From assembly GCF_963506605.1 (NCBI RefSeq), contig NC_083290.1, positions 5,642,001 through 5,706,000 of the forward strand: 64,000 nt of DNA, written 5' to 3'. Origin of the DNA: Zootoca vivipara (Eukaryota). The first letter of the stretch is position 1, and every line of letters starts with the position of its first letter. Shown in pieces: positions 1 through 11,230 of the stretch. The translations under genes were made by a program, and so were the position numbers. The notes below the pieces were generated by a model. That model was not told the origin of the DNA and did not search any database. It saw only the letters and a list, made by a program, of their open reading frames with translations.

Positions 1-267
1 TACACACACACATATTTTGCATTAGTTCTTGGCTAAAGGGTAAGAAAGCTTTTGGGGGCCCTGGACACATTTTGATTTCTGAATACCACCCCCTCTGGTC
101 TCCTCTCTCCCCAGGATTAGCCACCAGCCCCACACCAGAGAGTGAAGAAGAGAAGAGAGAGAGAGCATACACTTCACTTTCCCAATGGAGGCATGCAATT
201 AATGGAGGTTGATGCTATCAGTAGCTCCTAGTTATAATGACTATATGCTACTGCATATATAATGCTA

Positions 268-510
268 CAGTGGTACCTCTACTTACAAATAACTCTACTT
301 ACAAATTTTTCTACTTACGAATGGAGCTCCGTCCGCCATCTTGGATGCGGTTTAGATAGGATTTTTTTCTACTTACGATTTTTAGATAGGGTTGCTTCGA
401 CTTACGGATTTTTTCTCCCAATGCATTCCTATGGGATTCGACTTACAGATTTTTTCGACTTACAAATGTGTGTTCAGAATGCATTAGATTCGTAAGTAGA
501 GGTACCACTG
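268..510. mobile_element. Tc1/mariner (Tigger-like) MITE
   Basis: Terminal inverted repeats (TIRs) CAGTGGTACCTCTACTTAC / GTAAGTAGAGGTACCACTG, TA TSD and internal acttacga repeats. Confidence 0.9.
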
Positions 511-3500
511 TATATGCTATTGCCCTCACATGCTGTTTGGGGGCTTCCCAGAGGCATCTGGGAGCATAGGATGCTGGACCAAATGGGTCTTTGATCTGAT
601 CCAGAAGGATCTTCTTATGTAGCATGACAGCACAGGAGAACATCTACCTGAACCCTCAAGCACCTTCCATTCAACTTCAGTTGCAATCGTCTTACAAAGC
701 TTGTGAATCTTAGATTATCTGTCAAAGCAAACCACGGGAATGTGCAGGGTTGGGAGGGAAAAAATGTGTACATATACATTTATTTTTCCCCTCCTGGGGC
801 CCCCTGAAACAAAATTTAAGCATAGCCAGTTCCTCTGGACTGAAAAGTCCAGATTGTGCGATTCTTATCAGATATGTGATTTACTGGCAACGTGCAGCAG
901 GGGGGGGGGGGTTGAGAGGGAGAAGTGGGGGAGGTTTCTCCAGTTGCGACAATGTTTAAAGTCTGGAGGGGCATGTCATGCGCCACCCATACGGCTCACC
1001 ACCACCACTCCAGATCACAGCGCCGAGCCAGGGGGTGCCCACTGCCAACGTTGTAAATGCTGCCATTAAAATGTTTGTTTTAATTCTGACCTCAGAGTCA
1101 CAGCTAATAAACAAGAAAGGCAGTGGGAAATTGAAAAACAAACTCAATGCAGCTGTCGGACTGGCTGGTTCACAACAGCATTTTAACGGCGTCCTTTAAT
1201 TTCAGCTTCTATGAATAGATCCCATACACAGCACGTTGCATACTGAGCAGCCAAGGAAGCCTTGTGTGTGTGTGTGTGTGTCCCCCAAACTCACTGGTAT
1301 GCTGTATGTGTCCCGTTTACAGCATTTAAAATAAATAGATAGATAGATAGATCCCTCAATCTCGTCCTCTTGTTTCCAGAAGGGCTGAACTAGCTCATGT
1401 TTGAGGAAGCCTTTAGCAAAGTGTCCTATAGCCGACCTGAACTGATTTACCTAACTATGCAGCCCTGAGAGTCTTTGTGTGGGAACCACTATGTAGCCCT
1501 GCATAGGGAAGTTTGTGACATGTGATGTTCTACTGTGGGAAGCCGCCCAGAGTGGCTGGGGCAACCCAGTCAGGTGGGCAGCAGATAAATAATTGTTATT
1601 GTTAATATTGTTATTATTATGACTATTTTAACTTTGCACAGTGCCCTAGACATGGCGTCACCCCCAGGGCATTGTGGGGAGTTAAAAATGACAATTCCTG
1701 GGCCCAGCCACCTTTTCAAAGATGACCCCAGAGCAGGCATCAGTAGTGAGCACTAACTGTACTCTCCAACATTTCACAGAGCAAAGTAAGGACAAGGAAT
1801 AGGCATAGCCATTCTCATAGCAAATATAACAACATAAGGTGGGGAGGCTGTTGGTAATATATATATATGCATGATAATATATATATATATATATCACGCT
1901 ATACGAAGAGGAGCCTTTTAAGCATACCCCATAATACTTAGGGCATTGGAGGGTGTTCTATGCACTGCTCAGCAGTCCTCACAACAAACCTTTAAAGTAG
2001 GCCAGTGCTAATTATCCCCAGATTGTACTTAAGGGGACAGCAGTTTACCTAAAGCCACTTAGTCTAGAGAAGAGGTTAGACTTGGCAGCTCATGCCCCCC
2101 CCCACGCCCTTCCTTTCCACTCCATCTCTCTGCATTATCAGGCATGAAAAGTTCTCCTTATATCGATGTTTTATGGACTTCTCCAAAATTCACTAGAATA
2201 CCTTTTTAACAAGTAGCGCCGCTGCTTTTAAGAGCCCTATTATACAGCCTATGAAAATAGCTTTGCAGGGCCTGTATAATTGCTAACAGTTAAGTGCTAA
2301 TGGCATTATATAAACAGGCTTCGAAGCGGTCTGTTCATAAATGCTACTCAGGGCAATATAAACCCTACATAAGCCAAGGAATCGGGACAGCAAAGACTTT
2401 TTTTTAAAAAACAGGTCATGAAGAAAACAACATGGAGGGGGTGATAATCTCTATTGCATGCGTTTCATGAGTCAGGGCCGTATCACATGCTACGATTTCC
2501 TGCATAGAAACAAACTTTGAAATGCCGCAATACACAGCAGTGATGAAACCTATGACATTTCCTCTGGGAAGCCAGTTCCCCATTCTCTGTCCAATGACCC
2601 CAACTCCCTGGAAGCAGCAGTAAGCTTTGGCCCCTCCGGATGCTGCTGAACTCCAACTCTCATCAGCATGGCCAATGGCCAAGGATGATGGCAGCTGAGG
2701 GCCAGAGGCTCCCCACATACGGCTAAGCTCTCTCTCTGTGCAACGCTGAGAGTCAGTGTGATACAGGGGTGTAGCGTGGTGGTGGGGGGTACCAGGGAGG
2801 CCACGGCCCTGGGCACACAATTTCTGAGGAGGTGCGAACCAGGTGCCCCAATGTGGCCTAGTCCAGTGCTCCTCTCCGGCCTCCAAGGGCCATGTTGGCT
2901 GGCTGTGGCCCCAGTTTGCTTCAGTGGGAGTGGGGTCACTCCAGTGGCATCAGTGGCGAGAGCTGGGCTGGGCTGGAGGCCTGGCACATGTGCCCGCCTG
3001 GGCTGGGCACAGGCAACCGATGCTACGTCACTGCTGCAACATCAGTAGCCAAGACAGCCGTCGCCATCCTGTGCTCTTCGGTTGGAATATTCCAAGTGCA
3101 ACGTGGCAGTCTGTGCTGTAGGTGTCAAATATTATTCACCATTTGGGGGACATCTAGCTGCCGGTGCTACTCCATGGCATATGTACAGCATTAGAATGAT
3201 CAAGGTTGCTTGATATATGTAATCTCAATAAAACTTGAAAACAACTGCCTGGTAGGCCAACTGCATTGTCCCCGTAGAGGCAGCAAGACAGGGCCACAAG
3301 ATGTTCCCCACCCTTGGATTAGGTGATGAGCTCTAGCCTTTGCAGCAGGTCCTAAATGATGCCACCTTAGGAAAGCCCTTCACTTACTCAGGAACTTGTG
3401 GAACTGTAGGAAAATTCCAAAACAGCAGACCACATAAAACCAATGTCCTATTAAACTGTTTGTGGTGGAAACAGACAGGACAGACACAATTACTTCAATA

Positions 3501-6084
3501 ACCTTTGCCGTTATTAGCTCAGCAGCTTGCTCAATTCCAACCTAAATTACAAGATGTCTTTTAATAATGTACGCTCAATAATACAGGAGTCACTTGCCCG
3601 GAGACCGGAGGCTAGACAAATCGCCCGTTTAGTCTAGCCTGGCCTAAGATGGAGCAATTGATTCTACTGGATAACAATTTAATCCTTTCCCCTCCTTCTC
3701 TTGTTATCAAGATTACACACACTTAGAATTCCTGGCACAGCGTCATGTACAACATTAAGAGCTTGGAGGCCAATTCATAAACATCTTAATCAACCAGCCT
3801 CCTATGGTGTAGGTTCCTCCCGTCTGTGACGACCTCCCAAACTGTAGTCCGAGGCGCCTTTGGTCGAGGAGAACTTGTGGATTTACATTTACAGGTCAGA
3901 TGTGTTTTTATCAGGGTCACTGTAAGCATCCGTGATGTTTGTAAACTGTTTGGACCTCTTTAAATAAGGGAGATGATTCAAGTCTTAATTCCGCCTAATG
4001 AAACTTTTAATAGGGAAAAAAATCCTGTGGTGTTTGGCTGTGGATCTCACATACCAGGGAGCAAACGCACCTTTAGACTCACTGGGTGGCCTCTGGCAAA
4101 GTAAAAGTCAGCGGGCGGCAGGATCTGGACCAGCATGGGTTGGAATTGCTGCTGCATTTGAATTGCTGCTGAAACTCCCCGGATGACCTTGGACCAGGAG
4201 CTCTTTCAGCCTTGCTTACCTCGCAGGGTCATTCTAAGGACACCGGCATTATTGCTCTAATGTATTTGTAAATTGCAAGGATGGAAGACCTGCAGCTCTC
4301 CGAATTATGTTCTCCAGATGTTGCTGGACTCCCAATTCCCATCAGCCCTAGCCAGCACAGCCAATGGTCAGGAATAGTGGGAGTTGGAGTCCAACAGCAT
4401 CTGGATGGCCAAGTGTAATTTTTTTTAAGTGGTGAATTATTTTGTAGTGATTACTTTTTTGTAAACCAACTAGTATTCTAGAATTGGAGTGGAAGGGCGG
4501 GCCCAAAATCACCCCAATGAATTAATTAAATGGGGTCTACCTGTGTGTGATGTGAGCTCTTGCAGGAAAGGGTAGAGAAAAATCAATTGTTGATCATCTG
4601 TTTTCTAAAAGTTTTGCAACACAGCAAAAACAATGCTGGAGGCAGAAGTTATGAGTTACCAGTCTCTGCAGCCACACCAGGCGCTGCGATTCTCCAGTGG
4701 TTTGACTTCACCCCTGAAGGTGCGCTCCATTGTCTCTTGAGACAGATGGGTGCCAACAACAATGTTTTAGATTGCAAGCCTGAGGGCAGGGAAGGTCTCA
4801 TCACTGATATATGTAAGGGGAGCCCTTTTCAACTGAAGAGCAGGATAAAAATGCTTTGAATGAATGAATGAAAGTGTTGACAAACAAACATGCTAACAAA
4901 TGGGAGGGTGTTGATTTTTAACTTCGTTTGCAAAGTCGGTTTACACCTCCTTCACAAGTCTACATCCCAGTTCGAAAACTGTGGCAGTCAGAGGCAGGTG
5001 CTGGAAATGGGGCACAGGAGTGCAGAAGCCCTACACAGAAATACATGGCAAGATCTACAAATGCTATGATTAAAACACAGCTTCCCCTTTCCCCATCACT
5101 ATCTCCTGTCACAAGCAGTAAGAGCAACAGAACTCTGAGCCACACACAGTTATTAAGGAGTTGTGACATAACAGATGGGCTGTCAAGCGTAAGTCCAACT
5201 AGCCACTGTAAGCAGGGGAAAGAGAGGACATCCATTCCGTTTTTGTTCTCTGAAATGTGATTTCATCCCAAACCTCTTCAAGGCATTTTAATTCACTTTA
5301 AAACTCATTAATTTAGGCAAGCGGAAGCTCTTGATCTTCCACGGACCCTGTTTCACTGACCGCCATGCAGTCAATCAAAAAGTTATTACTCTTGTCGTAG
5401 GAAGGATAATAAACAAGTTATGCTGTCGGCTGGACGAGATTACACGGACAGGATGCATTCTACCTGCCCACAAGCCTTATTCAGCTGAAAGTAGGAAGGA
5501 GAGGGGCAAAGGTGCTTTCTTTGAGGCTTTAAATATCATTTTCAGATCACTTCTCTCCCCACCCATCACCGGGGAGGGGGGGCACTAAGACTCAGAAAGA
5601 AGTTCAAGTTACATCTCCAGGTTAAGCATTAAGTGCAAAAGGATAAGTGGTGTCAAATCTATGAGAATATTTGCACAAACCTCAAGAAATAAAAATTTAA
5701 AAAATCTCTGTGCATGTGAAGTCTGTTCCAACTGGAAATATAACGGATGAGGAAACCTTTTATTAACCTAACTTTTCAGATACATTAATGCCCATTTCCT
5801 ACAGATATTGGATGTAATTTCTTGACCCAGTGCAGATATAATGCTTCCAATATCTCAGCATGGTAAGAAGATGGACAGCGGGCTACAAAGTCGTGTCTTC
5901 CTTCTCCAGTGGCAGATACGGGGAACCTGTGGCACTCCATATGCTGTAGGATTCCAGCTTCTATCAATCCCAGCCAATCAGGGCCCATGGGAGCTGGAGT
6001 CAGTAACAGCTGGAGGGCTGCTGGTTCCCCCATCCCTTACCCATGAACATAGGGAGCTGCCATATGCAATGGGTTCATCTAGCT

Positions 6085-6220
6085 CAGGCCTAGGCAAACT
6101 TGGCCCTCCAGATGTTTTGGGACTACAACTCCCATCATCCCTAGCTAACAGGACCAGTGGTCAGGGATGATGGGAATTGTAGTCTCAAAACATCTGGAGG
6201 GACGAGTTTGCCCATGCCTG
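6085..6220. mobile_element. hAT MITE (136-bp hairpin family) inserted in a tRNA-derived SINE
   Basis: CAGGC...GCCTG termini, long inverted arms and 8-bp TSD ATCTAGCT. Confidence 0.9.
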
Positions 6221-6547
6221 ATCTAGCTCAATGTTGCCCTCGCTGACTGGCAGTTTTAGACAGGGGCTATTCCCAGCCCTGCCTGGAGGTTCCAGCAACT
6301 GAGCCTAGGGCCTTCAGCATGCAAAGCAGGAGCTGTATGCCTGAGCTGCATCCCTCCTCAAGGATTATGTCTGCAACCCCACGCCATGCCCATGTATTTG
6401 GCTACTGAAAAATGGAAATAGCACCCGACTTTCTTGGACTGGGATTTCCAGCAAGACTGCATCGAGAACCACAATAACAGAAGGCTACACCCTCACCCCC
6501 GTGTCTGTAGCAAGCAGAATACGATGAGACGAAGAGCAAACAAGTCA

Positions 6548-6721
<174 letters not shown>

Positions 6722-6734
6722 TTATGGCAAAGTT

Positions 6735-6769
<35 letters not shown>

Positions 6770-7810
6770 GCATTTATTTGCATTTCTGATATATTTCAAT
6801 ACAGGCAAGGTATAAACAAAAATAATATGAGAAGAAAAGAATCTCTGAAATAAAACAATAGAAATTTAGAAATAACAGAAAAACAGGACACATTCCTTGT
6901 CTGACTTCCCATCCTCTCCTTCCATGGTTCCTTTTCTCTCCTCCTTTGCTCGTGTTTTCTTGGTTCACTCTGTCTATCGCAACTCCTTATTTTAACTCTA
7001 GTTAAGAGAATCTTACCATTCTGCTAGGTTGATCATCTGCTTATAATACCTTTTCTTACACTCAATAAAAAATATCCAGTCCTCCTTATATCTTTTATAA
7101 TTTTGATTTCTTATTCTAATGGTCATCCCCTCTAACTCTGCATATTCTAAGATTTGATATGCCATTCTTCTTTTGTTGGTACTTTATCTGTTTTCCATTT
7201 TTGCGCTAACAACACACAGGCGGCTGTTGTTGCATAGAGGAACAAATTTCTCTTTTTTGGTAACTTCTGTTGTTATTAAACCCAACAAAAATGCTTCTGG
7301 ATTTTTAGGAAATGATTTTTAAGACATTTTAAAAAGTTCATTATAGATCATTTCCCAATAGTTTTTAAACCACCACATGTAAAAGGATCCCTCTGCCGTC
7401 TTACATTTCCAACAGTTACCCTTTGTTGATTTTGACAGTTTTGCTAGTTTGTTTGGCATCAAATACCACCTGTGCATCATCTTCATGAGTTTCCCCCTTA
7501 GTGCGTAGCATGCCTTAAACATTAAATTTAATTTCCACGGTTGTTCCCATAATGCAAAATCAATGTTTTGTCCCATGTCTCTGGCCCAACTTATCGATGA
7601 TTTCACCATTTTGTCCTTTGTGTCCCACTCAAGTAATAAATTATACATTTTAGATAATATTTTAACCCTGGAGCTTAATACAGTACCAGTAACTCTCTTT
7701 CAAGCTGCGAGCTTTGTTCTGCAAATTCACATTTTTTTATCTAACTTAAATGATGCATTCAACTGATGGTAACTTAACAAATCTGCTACCTGATCCTTTA
7801 TCTCTCCATA

Positions 7811-8168
7811 GGTAAAGGTAAAGGTAAAGGGACCCCTGACCATTAGGTCCAGTCGTGACCGACTCTGGGGTTGCACGCTCATCTCGCATTACTGGCCGAG
7901 GGAGCCGGCGTATAGCTTCCAGGTCATGTGGCCAGCATGACAAAGCCGCTTCTGGCAAACCAGAGCAGCACATGGAAACACCGTTTACCTTCCCGCTGTA
8001 GCGGTTCCTATTTATCTACTTGCATTTTGACATGCTTTCGAACTGCTAGGTTGGCAGGAGCTGGGACCAAGCAACGGGAGCTCACCCCGTCACAGGGATT
8101 CGAACTGCCGACCTTCTGATCAGCAAGCCCTAGGCTCAGTGGTTTAACCACAGCGCCACCTGGGTCCC
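7811..8168 (-). mobile_element. Sauria SINE, full length, inserted in an L1 fragment
   Basis: 5' head GGGACCCAGGTGGCGCTGTGGTT, B-box GGTTCGAATCC-like motif, (ACCTTT)n tail and 12-bp TSD TATCTCTCCATA. Confidence 0.92.
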
Positions 8169-8352
8169 TATCTCTCCATACTCTCCATACTCTTTCAATT
8201 TATATTCCTCCCCAGTGACTGTTAGCAGGTATCTATATGAACTCCAATTTGTCTGTGTATAAATTTATTTCCTTGCAAGGGCTTCTGTTGGTGACAACCA
8301 CATAAGCGTTTTCCTTTCTAACAAGTGTTTGTATTTTCCCCATACCCTATAC

Positions 8353-8489
8353 CAGGCACCCCCAAACTTCAGCCCTCCCAATTGTTTTGGACTACAATTT
8401 CCATCTTCCCCGACCGCTGGTCCTGTTAGCTAGGGATCATGGGAGTTGTAGGCCAAAACATCTGGAGGGCCGCAGTTTGGGGATGCCTG
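8353..8489. mobile_element. hAT MITE (hairpin family) inside the L1 fragment
   Basis: CAGGCACCCCCAAACT...AGTTTGGGGATGCCTG. The TSD is imperfect. Confidence 0.85.
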
Positions 8490-9273
8490 CCCAAACAGTT
8501 TTTTCCCTAATTATGTGGTTTGAGAAACTCTTATATATCTTGCCCTTCTTGTACCACAAGACAAAGTTACCTGTTTTTATACTGTCATGTTCAGAAGAAA
8601 CTCTACACAGAAAGTAAAGACAGAAAAAAATGGCATGTTCTACATCAGGAGCAGGGAACTTGAAGCCCTGTAAACATTACTGGGTTACAAGTCCAATCTT
8701 CTTTGGCTACTGGCCATCTTGGCTAGCTGGGGCTGATGGGAGATGGAGTATAGCAACATCTAGCGGGCTGCAGGCTTTGACCTTTCTAGCAAAAGGAATC
8801 ACTTTCAACCAACCCAAACATTTTCCACTGAAGGCTGAACCACAGCACCAGTTTCCTCCACCCTTTCTCCCAGGCATGTAGGTATGAAACCAATAACGCT
8901 GGAGAGAAGTGGGGGAAACACACAACAGGGGCACATTGTGTGTCCACATGACTCCACGTTACAGGGAGAGAAGCTAGGAGTCAATATGGTGTTGCTACTG
9001 CTGGATAGTGACAGCCCTGCACTGCCTGTTCCTGCTCAAGGATAGCATCTCCAAGCCCACCCAAGCCTTGGCACCACTGTGCCCAGCCATTTCCCTCTTC
9101 CAAACGCTTGTACAGCACTACAAACATGAACATGCAATATGCAACCTGCCTGTGCCAACCCTAAGGAAGAATAAGTAGCACAGAAACATTTTCTAAGGCA
9201 AATGTTTCAGAATAAAAGCTCATCCATGGCCATTTGGGGGATAAACTCAACCAGAGATGGCATACCTGGTTAC

Positions 9274-9786
9274 TGTTGTGTACTGCAATGCAGCCAGGTA
9301 AGAGACACCTGTGGCGCAAAACAGGGCAAGGTGCCTCAGGCAATACACAAAACACAAGAAAGGTTCAGGCTGGATGCAAAGTCCAGGTTGTGTCCCAGGA
9401 AACAGAGCTCTGAAGTTGATCAAAAAAGGAGAAAGCTAAACCTGAGGCCTTCTGTAGGAGTAAGAGCAGGTGCAGACTGATTGTTAGCCCCACCTATGCT
9501 GCAAGATGCTATTCTACTTAAAGAAGCCCAGCCCTCTCTGCTGATCTCCTGCTGTGACAGAGCAGAAGAGCCTTGGTCTTACTGTACTGGTACTTCTGCA
9601 GTGGAGCCTCCGAGTCAGAGCCAGGCAATGTCACATTCTCAATCTAGGATCCGTGCTGGCCCTGCAGGTTCATCTGACAGCAGCACATCTGGGACTCGCC
9701 CTGCATGCCCTTGGCTCTTCTGCTTCAGAGTCCTCGCCCTCATCCCCTGACGATGAGGAATCATACCCCCGGGTCGTGATTCTACC
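9274..9786 (-). mobile_element. Possible older solo LTR of a different family
   Basis: Minus strand ends in ...gcagtacacaaca, with a possible TSD GTTAC/GTGAC. GC-rich, opening with a Ser/acidic reading frame. The 5' terminus is GGT rather than TGT. Confidence 0.35.
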
Positions 9787-10867
9787 GTGACCTCTGAGTG
9801 CAGAATGGCGTTTGCATTTGGGATGCTGCACAAAAGGAGGAAAGTAAGTAGTAAGGCTGGCCCAAGCCATTTGCTCCCTGATACAAAAGAACAAAATGGC
9901 ACCCTCTCCGCGCTTTCCTGCACAGGGACTAGTGAGACTGGCAGCTGAATTTTACTTCCAACACTGGTGACATGCCGCTGCAGCTGGGGCAGCAGACTAG
10001 TTTAGGGATCTTAGGACAGACTATGTGGCTCCATCCACCAACAGAAATGGCTGGAGGAAATGGCTGCCCCTCAGCAACTGCCACCTGAGGCCATTGTCTT
10101 ATTCTGCCTAATAGTAGAGCCGGCCCAGGTAGACAGACAGACAGATGTTTCAAGGTATAGCAGCAACTTGATCACAACAAACCAATAGGGGCCAGTTTAG
10201 AGCTTGGCAACCCTACAACCCCTATTCCATCCCTTTTCTGTTTTCTGCTGAAGGATGCATTCCCCCCCTCCGAAAACCCATGACCCCTTCTCTATGAAAA
10301 ATGCCATTCAATTGATATTATTTATTAGAACATCCCTGTTATGCTCTGGACATGAACCTATTTGAGAGTGCATCAAGAGAGAAAACGTCAGGACACCAGG
10401 GGTTTCACCAAATGACCCTTGTGGTCTCTTCCAGCTCTAAGGTTCTATGGCATCTTCAAGCTTCCATGAACTGTTGGCATAATTGTATCTTTTTGTTTGA
10501 GTCCAACATTAACAGACAGGACAATATTTGGGGCCTGGATTGAATTAGAGAGGAGAATTCCTTTATTTAATAGACAGCAGCGGGGGCTTTTTAAAGGGGG
10601 GAAAATACATATTCTGTCATCAGTGGCACAGATTTGCTGGGAAGAGTTTAGTCATGAGCAGATGGGATGAGTTCCCTCCTATGTTTTCACAGGAGAGATA
10701 TTAGACACCTTGGCTTTGAAGTCCAGACACGTTCCTGACTTTTCATCAGATTTTTGCAACTGTCCATAATGGTCAGTCACAGACTTGCTTGGGAAGAGGA
10801 AAGGCCATTAAACAGGGTCATCAAACCCCAAAAAAGGAGACGCAGTGGGCACGGCGATATCAGAGAA

Positions 10868-11230
10868 ACATCCAGTGAAGCTAAATGCTCAAAGATTCAG
10901 GAAATATGAAAGAAAGCATACCTTCACACAGCACACAGTTCAGCTATGGAACATGCCCCTGTAGGAGGCAGTGACTCCCACCAACTCGGATGGGTTTAAA
11001 AGATGATTGGAGAAATTCATGGGGGGGGGGGATAAGGCTATCAATGGCTTCTAGCCATGATGGCTGAGCTCTCCTTCCATAGTCAGAGGCAGCATTGCTT
11101 CTGAATACCAGCTGCTAGAAACTGTAGGAGAGGAGAGTTGCTCTTCTGCTCAAATCCTGCTTGTAGGTTTCTCATAGGCATCTGGTTGGCCACTTTGAGA
11201 ACAGGATGCTGGAATAGATGGGCCATTGGC
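10868..11230 (+). mobile_element. CR1 LINE 3' fragment; representative of about 10 copies (e.g. 176-620, 15525-15752, 19300-19485, 23335-23580, 24690-24840, 27715-27965, 51920-52350, 60755-61027)
   Basis: Recurrent block ggcatctggttggccactgtgagaacaggatgctggactagatgggcc...gatccagc...cttatgttctt, with the end of ORF2 (agattcagg...ttcacacagc) upstream. Confidence 0.75.

Larger units (their letters stand above)
6771..8510 (-). mobile_element. 5'-truncated L1-clade LINE (ORF2 C-terminus plus 3' UTR), interrupted by a Sauria SINE and a hAT MITE
   Basis: ORF 7319..7648 encodes KMMHRWYLMPNKLAK...CWKCKTAEGSFYMWW, the L1 ORF2 C-terminal Cys-rich region. Frameshifted. AATAAA and a T-rich 3' UTR lie near 6771-6930. 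Confidence 0.85.

Noticed and set aside
268-510. Regularly spaced acttacga repeats resembling an array
   Set aside because: They are internal subterminal repeats of a Tc1/mariner MITE, with no unique spacers or cas genes, in a eukaryotic context.
2764-3176. GC-rich stretch with several overlapping 90-156 aa ORFs
   Set aside because: It begins with CAGGGGTGTAGC and ends with a decayed inverted match, suggesting an old DNA transposon. The ORFs reflect GC content, and no TSD could be confirmed.
7746-8119. Near-identical small ORFs repeated at 50392-50792 and 52530-52883
   Set aside because: They are shared only because they lie within copies of the non-coding Sauria SINE.
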